Below are positions 10,472 through 19,577 of a stretch of DNA of 64,000 nt, in pieces; position 1 is the stretch's first letter; every line of letters begins with the position of its first letter. The stretch is from Obrimoposthia wandeli (lineage: Eukaryota). The notes under the pieces were generated by a model. The model was given only the letters and a program-made list of their open reading frames with translations, did not search any database and was not told where the DNA came from. Made by a program: the position numbers and the translations under genes. The DNA lies in contig CDROCS010002866.1 in assembly GCA_977020255.1 (NCBI GenBank), positions 372,001 to 436,000 on the forward strand, written 5' to 3'.

Positions 10472-11098
10472 TTAGCCAACCATTGACTTGAGAGCAGCGC
10501 GAATTAACTCTTCACTAGAATTAATATTAACTAACTGTTTTTGAGCTGCTGATACCGCTTTACTTGCGACTACTGGCTTATAGCCTAACGCAATAAGTGC
10601 ACTTTGCGCATCTTCAATGTAAGCATTTGTGTTTTGGTTAGCACTAGGTAATTCAGTACCTGTCAATTCAAAGTCACTGCTTTCATCTAAGCCTAATACA
10701 GCAATTTTATCTTTGAATTCAACAACCAGTCTTTCAGCTGTTTTTTTACCGACACCAGGTATTTTAGTTAACGTGCTGGCATCTTCTCTTAAGATACAAG
10801 CTGAGAACTCTTGAATATTCATGCCTGATAAAATGGCTATTGCGAGTTTTGGCCCCACACCATTAGCTTTGATTAAAGTACGAAAGAGTAATCGCTCTTT
10901 GCGATCAAAAAAACCAAACAATAACTGTGCATCTTCACGCACTACAAAGTGAGTATAAAGTTTTAGTTCATTGGCAATCGCAGGTAACTTATAAAAAGTT
11001 TGCATTGAAGCTTCTATTTCATAACCAACACCATTAGCTTCTATCACTAATAACGGCGGTTGTTTCTCTAATAAAACTCCACGAATATGGCCTATCAT
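10472..11098 (-). CDS. ruvA: Holliday junction branch migration protein RuvA
   Basis: MIGHIRG start at 11098 (track extends to 11155); HhH motifs GVGPKLA and PGVGKKTAERL; ALIALGY. Confidence 0.96.
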   Translation of the reverse strand: MIGHIRGVLLEKQPPLLVIEANGVGYEIEASMQTFYKLPAIANELKLYTHFVVREDAQLLFGFFDRKERLLFRTLIKANGVGPKLAIAILSGMNIQEFSACILREDASTLTKIPGVGKKTAERLVVEFKDKIAVLGLDESSDFELTGTELPSANQNTNAYIEDAQSALIALGYKPVVASKAVSAAQKQLVNINSSEELIRAALKSMVG

Positions 11099-11145
11099 TT
11101 TCTCATTGCTCCTGCGTTGTGCTAAATACGTACTTAACTTTAAAC

Positions 11146-11165
11146 CAATGTACAAATATACAGTA
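11146..11165 (-). promoter_or_regulatory. LexA (SOS) box upstream of ruvA
   Basis: Minus strand TACTGTATATTTGTACATTG (CTGT-N8-ACAt, one core mismatch); ruvAB is SOS-regulated in E. coli. Confidence 0.6.
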
Positions 11166-11245
11166 TTTTAAATCAAAGCAAAGCTGCAAATTGCTGATTT
11201 TTAGATTAGTTAGCCTTCTTCAATATAGAATATTGTGATAAGTGT

Positions 11246-12238
11246 TTACCTTTCCAATATTACCTTCAAGCTTGGGTCAGTTAATTGCACAATACACACC
11301 TGAGCTTGCTCTTCTAGTTCAGCAGTCACTCTAATTTTTTGATGTACTTCTTTTTGATGCCCTTTTGTCCCATCAAAAGTGCATCGTACCCAATACCATA
11401 TACAGGAAAAAGCACCATTAATGGCCAGTGCCAACTTTAGGCTCTTTATAAAGTCATTGTGTGGCAAATTTTTAAACACAGGTAATTTTTGTAGTGCCTG
11501 AACATCGACCCCAAAGTTACTATGTAGTGCTGCAACATCCAACCAAGGCATTCCCCAACCGCTATATTCCCAATCAATCACAACCACTTTGTCAACAATA
11601 GCGTTTTTTGTGCAGCATACATTTTGGGGGTGCAAGTCTTGATGCATTAAGCAAGTGGGTACGTTCGCAAAATCTTGTAGCTTCTGTTCTATTAATTTAC
11701 ACAATCTCAATGCAGGCTGATTGTTAACTATTGGCTGTAGTTGCTGCCTATAACTTGCCAATAGCTGAGCATAATCAAATCGGATACTTTGGGCAGTATC
11801 TTTATCCACTTTTTGCGAGAAGAGCTGGAGCTGAGCTAGCCAAGCTAGCATCTGCTGCTGACTTTGCTCATTTACTTGCAAACAACTCCCGTGATCAAGC
11901 ATTAAACACCAATCTTCTTCAAGATTGTATTCAATAATTACCGGTGCCCAATTTTGCTTTCCAATCAAAGCGAGTACTTTAGCTTCTCTTGCACGATCGA
12001 CACCGAAGGCAAATTCACAGCTTGCATTCATGCGCAGTATGAAAGATTGCTTATCAATAGTTGCTTTAAAAACTTGATTGGAGCTTCCCAAAGCAATTTC
12101 TTGCCATTTACCGGCTGAGACTAAAGGATGTTTTATAATTTTGAACAAGATACACCATAATAAATTATTGGGAAAAACCCGCAGCTGGAGTAATATACAT
12201 TCTTTTTTTGGTTCTGCCAGCTTTGGATTACAACACAT
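11246..12238 (-). CDS. Choline/aminoglycoside kinase (APH) family phosphotransferase, possibly thiamine kinase (ThiK-like)
   Basis: HQDLHPQN Brenner motif and IDWEY; real start may be TTG at 12148. ThiK assignment is only from proximity to thiBPQ. Confidence 0.75.
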   Translation of the reverse strand: MCCNPKLAEPKKECILLQLRVFPNNLLWCILFKIIKHPLVSAGKWQEIALGSSNQVFKATIDKQSFILRMNASCEFAFGVDRAREAKVLALIGKQNWAPVIIEYNLEEDWCLMLDHGSCLQVNEQSQQQMLAWLAQLQLFSQKVDKDTAQSIRFDYAQLLASYRQQLQPIVNNQPALRLCKLIEQKLQDFANVPTCLMHQDLHPQNVCCTKNAIVDKVVVIDWEYSGWGMPWLDVAALHSNFGVDVQALQKLPVFKNLPHNDFIKSLKLALAINGAFSCIWYWVRCTFDGTKGHQKEVHQKIRVTAELEEQAQVCIVQLTDPSLKVILER

Positions 12239-12239
12239 A
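11736..12239. repeat. 504-bp direct repeat, copy 1 (5' half and promoter of the kinase gene)
   Basis: Aligns gap-free to 14848-15351 (offset 3112), about 26 mismatches by eye (about 95%). Confidence 0.95.
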
Positions 12240-12326
12240 TGATGTTCAGTAATAATTTATGTATCTATACTGTTTTGAAGAAAGTAACGGGAACCATACA
12301 TAACTAAAATCAACGAAAAAGTTTTC

Positions 12327-14576
12327 TTATTTAACCTGATCACTTGTATTAATTTTTTGTAGGGTATCACATTGAAGCAATTTAAATAGCTCGCTAGCTG
12401 GAACGGGTTTGTTAAATAAATAGCCTTGTATTATGTGACAACCAAGAGACTTCACAAACGCTAACTGCTCTTCGTTTTCGATTCCTTCAGCCACTATTGT
12501 GAGGTTTAAGCTGTGACTAAGCCCAGCAATCGCTTTAGCGATAGCTACACAATTTTCGTTGTGTGGGACATTTTCGATAAAGGATTTGTCAATCTTTAAT
12601 GTATCTACTGATAGACGGTGCAGATAGCTTAAAGAAGAGTAACCGGTGCCAAAATCATCTATGGCTAAGGTTATCCCAAGATCAATCAACCCCTGTAATG
12701 TTTCGGCGCTAGAACTATCCTGCTGAACTAATAAACTTTCGGTAATTTCAAGCTCAAGTCGATTATGAGGAAGCTTTCGACTATCGAGTGCTTGGCGCAC
12801 AGCTACAGGAAGGGTTTTATCCTTTATTTGATGACTGGATATATTTACCGCCATACAAAGGTGATCCCAACCGTTTTGATGCCAAAGAGCAAGCTGATCA
12901 CAAGCTTGTTCTAGCACCCAAAGACCTACAGGTACAATAAGGCCTGTCTCTTCTAGACTGGGAATAAAATTGTCTGGCGGAATTAATACTCCTTGTTCCG
13001 GTTGCCAGCGAAGAAGTGCTTCGACGCCACATATCTTGCCTGTTTTAGCGTTATGCTGAGGTTGAAAATATACAATAAATTCATTATTTTTAAGAGCATT
13101 TCTCAATTGGTTTTCAATGTGCAATTTAGACTCTGAAAACTTATTCATCTTTTCAGAGTAAAAGGCAAATTTATCTCTCCCCATATCTTTTGCTCTGTAC
13201 ATAGCTATATCTGAATTTTTCAGCAAATCCTCAGCATCAAGACCGTCATCTGGATATATTGAGATACCGATGCTAATGGTCGCGTGTAAGGGAGTGCTCT
13301 CTATAACGTATGGGGCGCGTATGGCACTCAGAATTTTTTCAGCAACATTAATAATATCGGTATTGTTACGAATATCCTCCAGTACGATAATAAACTCATC
13401 ACCGCCGTGGCGAGTTAGCGTGTCCTCGCCGCGAATGCAGCTCTTTAACCGAGCAGCGACCCTTATCAGAAATAAATCCCCCATAGTGTGACCCAAAGTA
13501 TCATTGATAACTTTAAAACGATCAATATCTAGAAACAATATGGCGGCTTTTTTCTGGTATCTTTTAGCATGTGAAACGGTTTGGTTAATACGCTCTTGTA
13601 ATGTTGTCCGGTTGGCTAAACCAGTTAAGGGATCATGTTGAGCCAAGTAGCGCATGGCAGTTTCTGCCTGTTGACGTTCATTAACTGCCGCAGCCAAAAC
13701 CATACTGGTGATGGCTATAACATTACTATAAAGCCATAGCAAGGCCAGGCTTTCAAATTCAGTACCTTGGGCGAACAAACCAAAACCTAACATTATATTG
13801 AACAGGAGAACGGCACCTATAATAAAGGTGGAGGCTGTTGCCCCTTTCATACCGAATGTTAATGTGCTCCAAATAATGATAGGAAAGGTTAAGAACGCTA
13901 GTGGTAGGAGTCGGTCATCACTTAAATAGTTATTTCCAAAAATAAGCTCTGAGATAACGACAAGTGAAAAGCCTACTCCTATAATTTGCGGCGTGATTGT
14001 CCAATGAAATGCTTTACCCGGCTGGGGCCACCAAGAAAATAATAGTGCTGCAAACACTAGATTACCCATAGCGTCGCCCATCCACCATGCAAGCCACGTA
14101 AAGTAAACGTCGTTCCATGGAATAATCTCCCAGCTAGCTAAGGTAATAACACCCAAGGTTGCACTGATGGTAGTACTAATGCCTGCTGCAAGCAGAACTA
14201 AACTAAAAACATCTTTAACACGAGGAAGTGAGTAATCAAATTTAATAAGCTTAAGTAGGTAGTAGCCTGCGATCGCTTCGAGAGTGTTTCCTGTGGCAAT
14301 AGATATCGAGGGACCTACCACAAGACCCGAGTCTAAATTAGTGATGAAGGCGCCAATAAATACCCAAGGACAAAGACGAAGGCCAAACCTAACCAGGCAA
14401 AACAGTGCTATCCCGGTAGGAGGCCAAATCAACGTTACATTACTTGTGGTTACAGCAAATTCAAGGCCTAGCTTTCCAGACATGTAGTAGGCGATCGATA
14501 GTAGAAGACCGCTGATGATATATTTTATATTAATTGTAGTCCTAAAACTTACTAAGTGGCTATCAGAATCATTCAA
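12327..14576 (-). CDS. MASE1-GGDEF-EAL diguanylate cyclase/phosphodiesterase
   Basis: Multi-TM MASE1 N-terminus (IWPPTGIAL); RGED I-site five residues before GGDEF; VEALLRW and DDFGTGYSSL. Confidence 0.93.
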   Translation of the reverse strand: MNDSDSHLVSFRTTINIKYIISGLLLSIAYYMSGKLGLEFAVTTSNVTLIWPPTGIALFCLVRFGLRLCPWVFIGAFITNLDSGLVVGPSISIATGNTLEAIAGYYLLKLIKFDYSLPRVKDVFSLVLLAAGISTTISATLGVITLASWEIIPWNDVYFTWLAWWMGDAMGNLVFAALLFSWWPQPGKAFHWTITPQIIGVGFSLVVISELIFGNNYLSDDRLLPLAFLTFPIIIWSTLTFGMKGATASTFIIGAVLLFNIMLGFGLFAQGTEFESLALLWLYSNVIAITSMVLAAAVNERQQAETAMRYLAQHDPLTGLANRTTLQERINQTVSHAKRYQKKAAILFLDIDRFKVINDTLGHTMGDLFLIRVAARLKSCIRGEDTLTRHGGDEFIIVLEDIRNNTDIINVAEKILSAIRAPYVIESTPLHATISIGISIYPDDGLDAEDLLKNSDIAMYRAKDMGRDKFAFYSEKMNKFSESKLHIENQLRNALKNNEFIVYFQPQHNAKTGKICGVEALLRWQPEQGVLIPPDNFIPSLEETGLIVPVGLWVLEQACDQLALWHQNGWDHLCMAVNISSHQIKDKTLPVAVRQALDSRKLPHNRLELEITESLLVQQDSSSAETLQGLIDLGITLAIDDFGTGYSSLSYLHRLSVDTLKIDKSFIENVPHNENCVAIAKAIAGLSHSLNLTIVAEGIENEEQLAFVKSLGCHIIQGYLFNKPVPASELFKLLQCDTLQKINTSDQVK

Positions 14577-14847
14577 GCAGACCTCCTATGGTGACAGCTA
14601 CCGTAGCTGCACTGTAGTCGTTAAGCATCTTATTACTGTAAATAAATAATAACGCGACAGCTACTTATTAAAACTATATCGCCATGTACCGAATCTAAAA
14701 GTAGTGCATATATCATTATCATAAAAAAAATGGCATTGCGATATTTAAACTCCCATATCTAGCATTTATTTACAGTTCTAATAGATTGAGAACTCACTAA
14801 AGGCATTTAATATTAATGACTCCAAATAGAGAGCCTTAAGCATTAGT

Positions 14848-15260
14848 TGTAGTTGCTGCCTATAACTAACCAATAGCTGAGCATAATCAAATCGGATACT
14901 TTGGGCAGTATCTTTATCCACTTTTTGCGAGAAGAGCTGGAACTGAGCTAGCCAAGCTAGCATCTGCTGCTGACTTTGCTCATTTACTTGCAAACAACTC
15001 CCGTGATCAAGCATTAAACACCAATCTTCTTCAAGGTTGTATTCAATAATTAGTGGTGTCCAACTTTGCTTTTCAATTAGGGCAAGTACTTTGGCCTCTC
15101 TTGCACGATCCACACCGAAGGCAAATTCACAGCTTGCATTAATGCGCAGCATGAAAGATTGCTTATCAATAGTTGCTTTAAATACTTGATTGGAGCTACC
15201 CAAAGCAATCTCTTGCTATTTACCGGCTGTGACTAAAGGGTGTTTTATATTTTTGAACAA
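14848..15260 (-). pseudogene. Truncated, nonsense-mutated second copy of the kinase gene
   Basis: TGG (Trp) in copy 1 is TAG at 15216-15218; homology stops at 14848, so the catalytic C-terminal half is missing. Confidence 0.88.
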
Positions 15261-15351
15261 GATACACCATAATAAATTATTGGGAAAAACCCGCAGCTGG
15301 AGTAATATACATTCTTTTTTTGGTACTGCCAGCTTTGGATTACAACACATA
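14848..15351. repeat. 504-bp direct repeat, copy 2
   Basis: Gap-free match to 11736-12239. Confidence 0.95.
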
Positions 15352-15512
15352 ACATGTTTACAAATAGCTCAAGTATCTTTACGTAAAGATCCCAACAGTG
15401 AAAAATGTATTCAACAGTGCGAGTTATGATCATTATTACACTAGTTTTAGCTGCGACGAATCCTTTACCCAATCAATAGCTTTTAAACAACCTTTAACAT
15501 TTTGAGAATATA

Positions 15513-16520
15513 ATGAAAAAAAATACCTTTCTATGTTTGGCTTCACTGCAAATTGCATTGCTAGCCTCTCCTTTACTTCTAGCCAGCGATGATACTAAAC
15601 CGACATTAACGGTTTACACCTACGATTCATTCATTTCTGACTGGGGCCCTGGCCCGAAAATCAAAGCTGCATTTGAAAAAGATTGTAACTGCCAGCTCAA
15701 CCTTATTGCAGAAGAAGATGGTGTTAGCATTTTAAACCGCCTCAAAATAGAAGGTAAAAAGGCCAAAGCTGATGTCATTTTAGGTTTAGATCACGCTTTA
15801 ATAAAAGAAGCTAAAAAAACAGGCCTGATTGCAACGCACCAACAGGATTTTTCTACGCTCAAACCTAGTTTAAATTGGACTGACGATAGTTTTGTACCCT
15901 ATGATTTTGGCTACTTTGCATTTATTTATGACAGCACTAAAATAAGCAAACCGGTTAGCTCACTTAAAGAACTAGTCAATTCTGACGCTTCAGTAATATA
16001 CCAAGATCCACGCACTAGTACTCCAGGGCAAGGGCTAATGTTTTGGATGAACTCAGTTTATAAAGATGATACTGCTAAAGCTTGGAAACAATTAGCGAGC
16101 CACACCCAAACGGTAACTAAAGGCTGGTATGAAGGTTATAGCATGTTCCTAAAAGGCGGTGCTGATTATGTATTAAGCTATACCACTTCACCGGCTTATC
16201 ACATGATTGCTGAATCTGAGAACAAATACCAAGCGGCACAGTTTAGCGAAGGGCACATTGCTCAAGTTGAAGTAGCAGCTGCACTTAACACCAGCAAGCA
16301 CCCTGTACTAGCCCAATCATTCTTGAATTTTTTGATCAGCGATCAAGCGCAGCAAATTTTACCTGTAACTAATTGGATGCTACCGGTTGTTAAAGATGTC
16401 ACTTTGCCTGAACAATTTGGCAAGTTAATTAGCCCTGCACCTATTGCAATGGACATAGAAAAGCTAGCAGATATGCGTAAAGACTGGATAAAAGTTTGGC
16501 GCTCAAGTGCTGTTAAATAG
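15513..16520 (+). CDS. thiB: Thiamine ABC transporter substrate-binding protein ThiB
   Basis: LTVYTYDSFISDWGPGP, DPRTSTPG, LSYTTSPAYH. Confidence 0.94.
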   Translation: MKKNTFLCLASLQIALLASPLLLASDDTKPTLTVYTYDSFISDWGPGPKIKAAFEKDCNCQLNLIAEEDGVSILNRLKIEGKKAKADVILGLDHALIKEAKKTGLIATHQQDFSTLKPSLNWTDDSFVPYDFGYFAFIYDSTKISKPVSSLKELVNSDASVIYQDPRTSTPGQGLMFWMNSVYKDDTAKAWKQLASHTQTVTKGWYEGYSMFLKGGADYVLSYTTSPAYHMIAESENKYQAAQFSEGHIAQVEVAAALNTSKHPVLAQSFLNFLISDQAQQILPVTNWMLPVVKDVTLPEQFGKLISPAPIAMDIEKLADMRKDWIKVWRSSAVK

Positions 16521-16670
16521 CTTAATATTAAGTAGCTGTCATTCAATTATTGTTATTCAATAATTAGCATAAATCTTAATAAAACCAACAATTGTTAACT
16601 CAGCACTGAGATTGTATTGTTAATCAGTGCTGTTTTCTTGAAAAGTACTATTATTCGTTACATGTTAAAT

Positions 16671-16824
16671 CATTACTGCCCGGTTAAAAAATGTAAGCCC
16701 TCTAACTCATTGATTTGTGGTTTTCTGCTATGGTTAGATCTATATTTTTCGCGCGAAATGATATTTCTCGTTAACGTAAAATCAATAAGCCAGAGAGCAA
16801 CAAAAATTAAACCGGACAGGAATG
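16671..16824. mobile_element. IS4-like MITE, family 1, copy a (154 bp)
   Basis: TIRs CATTACTGCCCGGTT / AACCGGACAGGAATG; decayed 9-bp flanks ATGTTAAAT / ATTCTAATT; interior matches copies at 45214, 51190, 51905. Confidence 0.8.
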
Positions 16825-18387
16825 ATTCTAATTAAACTAAGTAATCTCAGCGGGCTGTTTTTCATCGCCTTAATTAGCTTCATTACACTGCTCGCGTTTT
16901 ATGGCTTAATTGCCTTTAATCGCCAGGGCGCTGATTTATCGTTGCTGCAAGACCCCTACTTTCATGCCATTTTAATATTTTCCATTAAACAGGCATTACT
17001 CAGTGCTTTTTTAGCCACCTTTTTAGCTTGGCCGATTGCGCGCGCTATTTATTATTACCCTAAAATTTTCCTGAAAAGCACTTTTTTAAGTTTGGCATTA
17101 CTGTGTTTTGTATTACCCACATTGGTGTTAATTACCGGCTTTGTTTCACTGTTTGGCTTATCCGGCATTATCACCCCTTTTCTAGGTGATGATTGGAGCT
17201 TATATGGAATACAGGGGATTTTAATTGCGCATGTCTACATGAACCTGCCCTTTGCTGTGCGTGCACTACACAATCAATTACAGAACATTCCCGACTCAAG
17301 CTGGATACTATCAAGACAGCTCAAATTTAATGCCTTACAAAGATTTACTTTAATTGAATGGCCGGCACTACGCGCCACTATCAGCTTAACTTTTGGCTTC
17401 ATTGTTATCTTGTGTTTTAACAGTTTTGCCGTAGTATTAGCATTAGGGGGAGGGCCACAAGCGACCACTTTAGAAGTCGCTATTTACCAAGCGCTTAAAT
17501 ACGATTTCAATATTTCAGAAGCACTGACATTAGCATGGACTCAATTTTTTATTGCCGGTGTCTTCTTTGTTGCTTTATACCGCTCTAGCGGTGTTTCATG
17601 GCTTTCTAAAGAATCGTCTACAAAGCTGTGGCTCCCAGCAATTTCTAAGACAAATAAAGCGCTATTTCTAGCCCTTTATTGCAGCTGTTTTATTTTTATG
17701 TTGCTCCCTTTACTATCATTATTACCCGGTGTTTTTGCTGCCAATTATACCAGTAGCTTGCTGATAAATGTTGGCCAATCCCTTGCTTTATCATTACTGT
17801 TAGGGCTTTTAGCGGCGCTAAGCGCCATGTTAATTGCCTACTTCATTATGTTGCCTATTCGCCACTGTAACATCTTTAAAAAGCAGCGTTTACAAAACAC
17901 TTTGCAATGGCTGGCTAATCACACGTTAATAGCGCCGGCAATGGTATTAAGCGTCGGTTTATATATCCTCTTTTTACCCATAATTGATCTCGATCGCCTA
18001 GGCATGTTTTTCGTGGTCATCTTAAATGTGTTATTAATTTTACCTTTTGCAATGCAACAAATAAGAGCGCGTGTCATCCAATACGACAGCGATTATGCAG
18101 CCTTATACCTATCGTTGAAATTAAATTTTTGGCAAAAATTTACCATAGAATGGCCCTATATTAAGCCGACTATACTTAGCACTTTTTCTTTGGTTTTGTT
18201 AATTGCGATGGGCGATGTCGCTATATTTTCAATTTTTGGCAGTGATCATCTCAAAACCTTACCTTGGTTAATATATCAATATGCTGGCAGCTATCGATTA
18301 AATGAAGCGTCATTTGCTTCAGCCGTATTGTTGGTCGTTTATTTATTGGTTTTATTTAATATCGAAAGAGTAAAAAAGCATGCTTGA
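16822..18387 (+). CDS. thiP: Thiamine ABC transporter permease ThiP
   Basis: Duplicated permease halves, LAHV-like IAHVYMNLPFA, GGGPQATTLEVAIYQAL; between thiB and thiQ. Confidence 0.92.
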   Translation: MILIKLSNLSGLFFIALISFITLLAFYGLIAFNRQGADLSLLQDPYFHAILIFSIKQALLSAFLATFLAWPIARAIYYYPKIFLKSTFLSLALLCFVLPTLVLITGFVSLFGLSGIITPFLGDDWSLYGIQGILIAHVYMNLPFAVRALHNQLQNIPDSSWILSRQLKFNALQRFTLIEWPALRATISLTFGFIVILCFNSFAVVLALGGGPQATTLEVAIYQALKYDFNISEALTLAWTQFFIAGVFFVALYRSSGVSWLSKESSTKLWLPAISKTNKALFLALYCSCFIFMLLPLLSLLPGVFAANYTSSLLINVGQSLALSLLLGLLAALSAMLIAYFIMLPIRHCNIFKKQRLQNTLQWLANHTLIAPAMVLSVGLYILFLPIIDLDRLGMFFVVILNVLLILPFAMQQIRARVIQYDSDYAALYLSLKLNFWQKFTIEWPYIKPTILSTFSLVLLIAMGDVAIFSIFGSDHLKTLPWLIYQYAGSYRLNEASFASAVLLVVYLLVLFNIERVKKHA

Positions 18388-18976
18388 TATCAATCAGCTT
18401 AGTATCCAATTAGGGACCCAAACCTTAAGTTACCACCAGCAAATTAAAAGCGGCGATATAGTCACTTTACAAGGGATTAGCGGCGTGGGAAAAAGTAGCT
18501 TATTGCTGTGTATTAGTGGTTTTATACCAACGATTTCTGGCAGCATTCACTGGCAGGGCCAGGCAATAAATCACCTACCTATTGAACAGCGCCCCGTGGC
18601 AATGCTGTTTCAGGAAAATAATTTATTCGAACATATAAGCGTGCTAAAAAACGCCTGCTTAAGTATTTCAGCTGAAAATGCCAGTAATATATATCAGCAT
18701 GCAGAGCAGCTTAATATTTCAGATCAAATGCATAAAATGCCTAATCAACTGTCTGGCGGACAACGCCAAAGAGTTGGCTTACTAAGAACGCTGCTAAGAC
18801 CAGAACCCATCATATTATTAGATGAGCCTTTTGCAGAATTAGATAATAAAACACGAGAAATTTGTGCAGATTGGCTAGCATCTATCGCTAAAAGTACCCA
18901 TAAAACAGTACTATTGGTCACTCATCAGCTAGAAGACGTGGAAAAATTAGCCGACCATAATTGGCTGATTGGCTAA
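18380..18976 (+). CDS. thiQ: Thiamine ABC transporter ATPase ThiQ
   Basis: GISGVGKS, LSGGQRQR, LLDEPF; overlaps thiP stop. Confidence 0.88.
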   Translation: MLDINQLSIQLGTQTLSYHQQIKSGDIVTLQGISGVGKSSLLLCISGFIPTISGSIHWQGQAINHLPIEQRPVAMLFQENNLFEHISVLKNACLSISAENASNIYQHAEQLNISDQMHKMPNQLSGGQRQRVGLLRTLLRPEPIILLDEPFAELDNKTREICADWLASIAKSTHKTVLLVTHQLEDVEKLADHNWLIG

Positions 18977-18982
18977 TATGAA

Positions 18983-19121
18983 GAGACCTCAGCATAACTA
19001 CTGCTCTCAATAATCCGGCGTTAAAAATCGGCTCAACATGCTCATTTACATCAGTAAACTCCGCTATTTCGCCGATTTTTGCCTTGTCTTATTATCGCTC
19101 GCTACGTTATGCAGTAGTCTC
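18983..19121. repeat. Palindromic MITE-like element, family 3, copy a (139 bp)
   Basis: 16-bp imperfect TIR GAGACCTCAGCATAAC / GTTATGCAGTAGTCTC; inner IR AAAAATCGGC/GCCGATTTTT and TTTAC-atca-GTAAA; related copy at 33397-33535. Confidence 0.7.
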
Positions 19122-19123
19122 AT

Positions 19124-19166
19124 GAAACCTCAACATAACTTCTGCGCCCAGTTATTGTGAAGTCTC
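19124..19166. repeat. 43-bp mini-element made of the same terminal repeats
   Basis: GAAACCTCAACATAAC ... GTTATTGTGAAGTCTC immediately after family 3 copy a. Confidence 0.55.
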
Positions 19167-19189
19167 AATTTATGATTTGAAATTAGACG

Positions 19190-19510
19190 TTATTTAGAAC
19201 CACCTAAGCATTTAGGGGATAACAGCTGCTTATCTTCTTTTACAGCCCACTCCCCAGTTGTAAATAAATGCAGCGCTAAGGCATGTATTGGGTTATTCAT
19301 TAATTCAGCCACTAAAGCGTAAACATTTTGATGACGTTGTACGGCTCTTTTTGCCGTAAAATCATCTGACACTAAAATCAATTTAAAATGACTTTGTGTG
19401 GCATTTCCTGAATGCATATGACTTTCATTTTCAAGGTAAAACTCACTGCAATTAAGCCCTTGTTTGACTAACTCTTCTATTTTTACTGCTATATCTACTG
19501 CACTATTCAT
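19190..19510 (-). CDS. bolA: BolA family protein
   Basis: ENESHMH, SHFKLILVS, HALALH. Confidence 0.9.
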   Translation of the reverse strand: MNSAVDIAVKIEELVKQGLNCSEFYLENESHMHSGNATQSHFKLILVSDDFTAKRAVQRHQNVYALVAELMNNPIHALALHLFTTGEWAVKEDKQLLSPKCLGGSK

Positions 19511-19577
19511 GTCTGTCTTCCACTAAATATTTTACTATTACTGTCTAATGTTTATCTTTTAAGATCATGCTTTAAAA

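Noticed and set aside
14705-14725. ATCATTATCAT as a Fur box upstream of the MASE1-GGDEF-EAL gene
   Set aside because: Only about 10/19 to consensus in AT-rich DNA.
15245-15472. 75-aa minus-strand ORF upstream of thiB
   Set aside because: Out of frame with the duplicated kinase start and spans a promoter region; no family resemblance.
16599-16611. CTGAGA motif as part of a TPP riboswitch
   Set aside because: Lies downstream of thiB and lacks the other conserved TPP elements.
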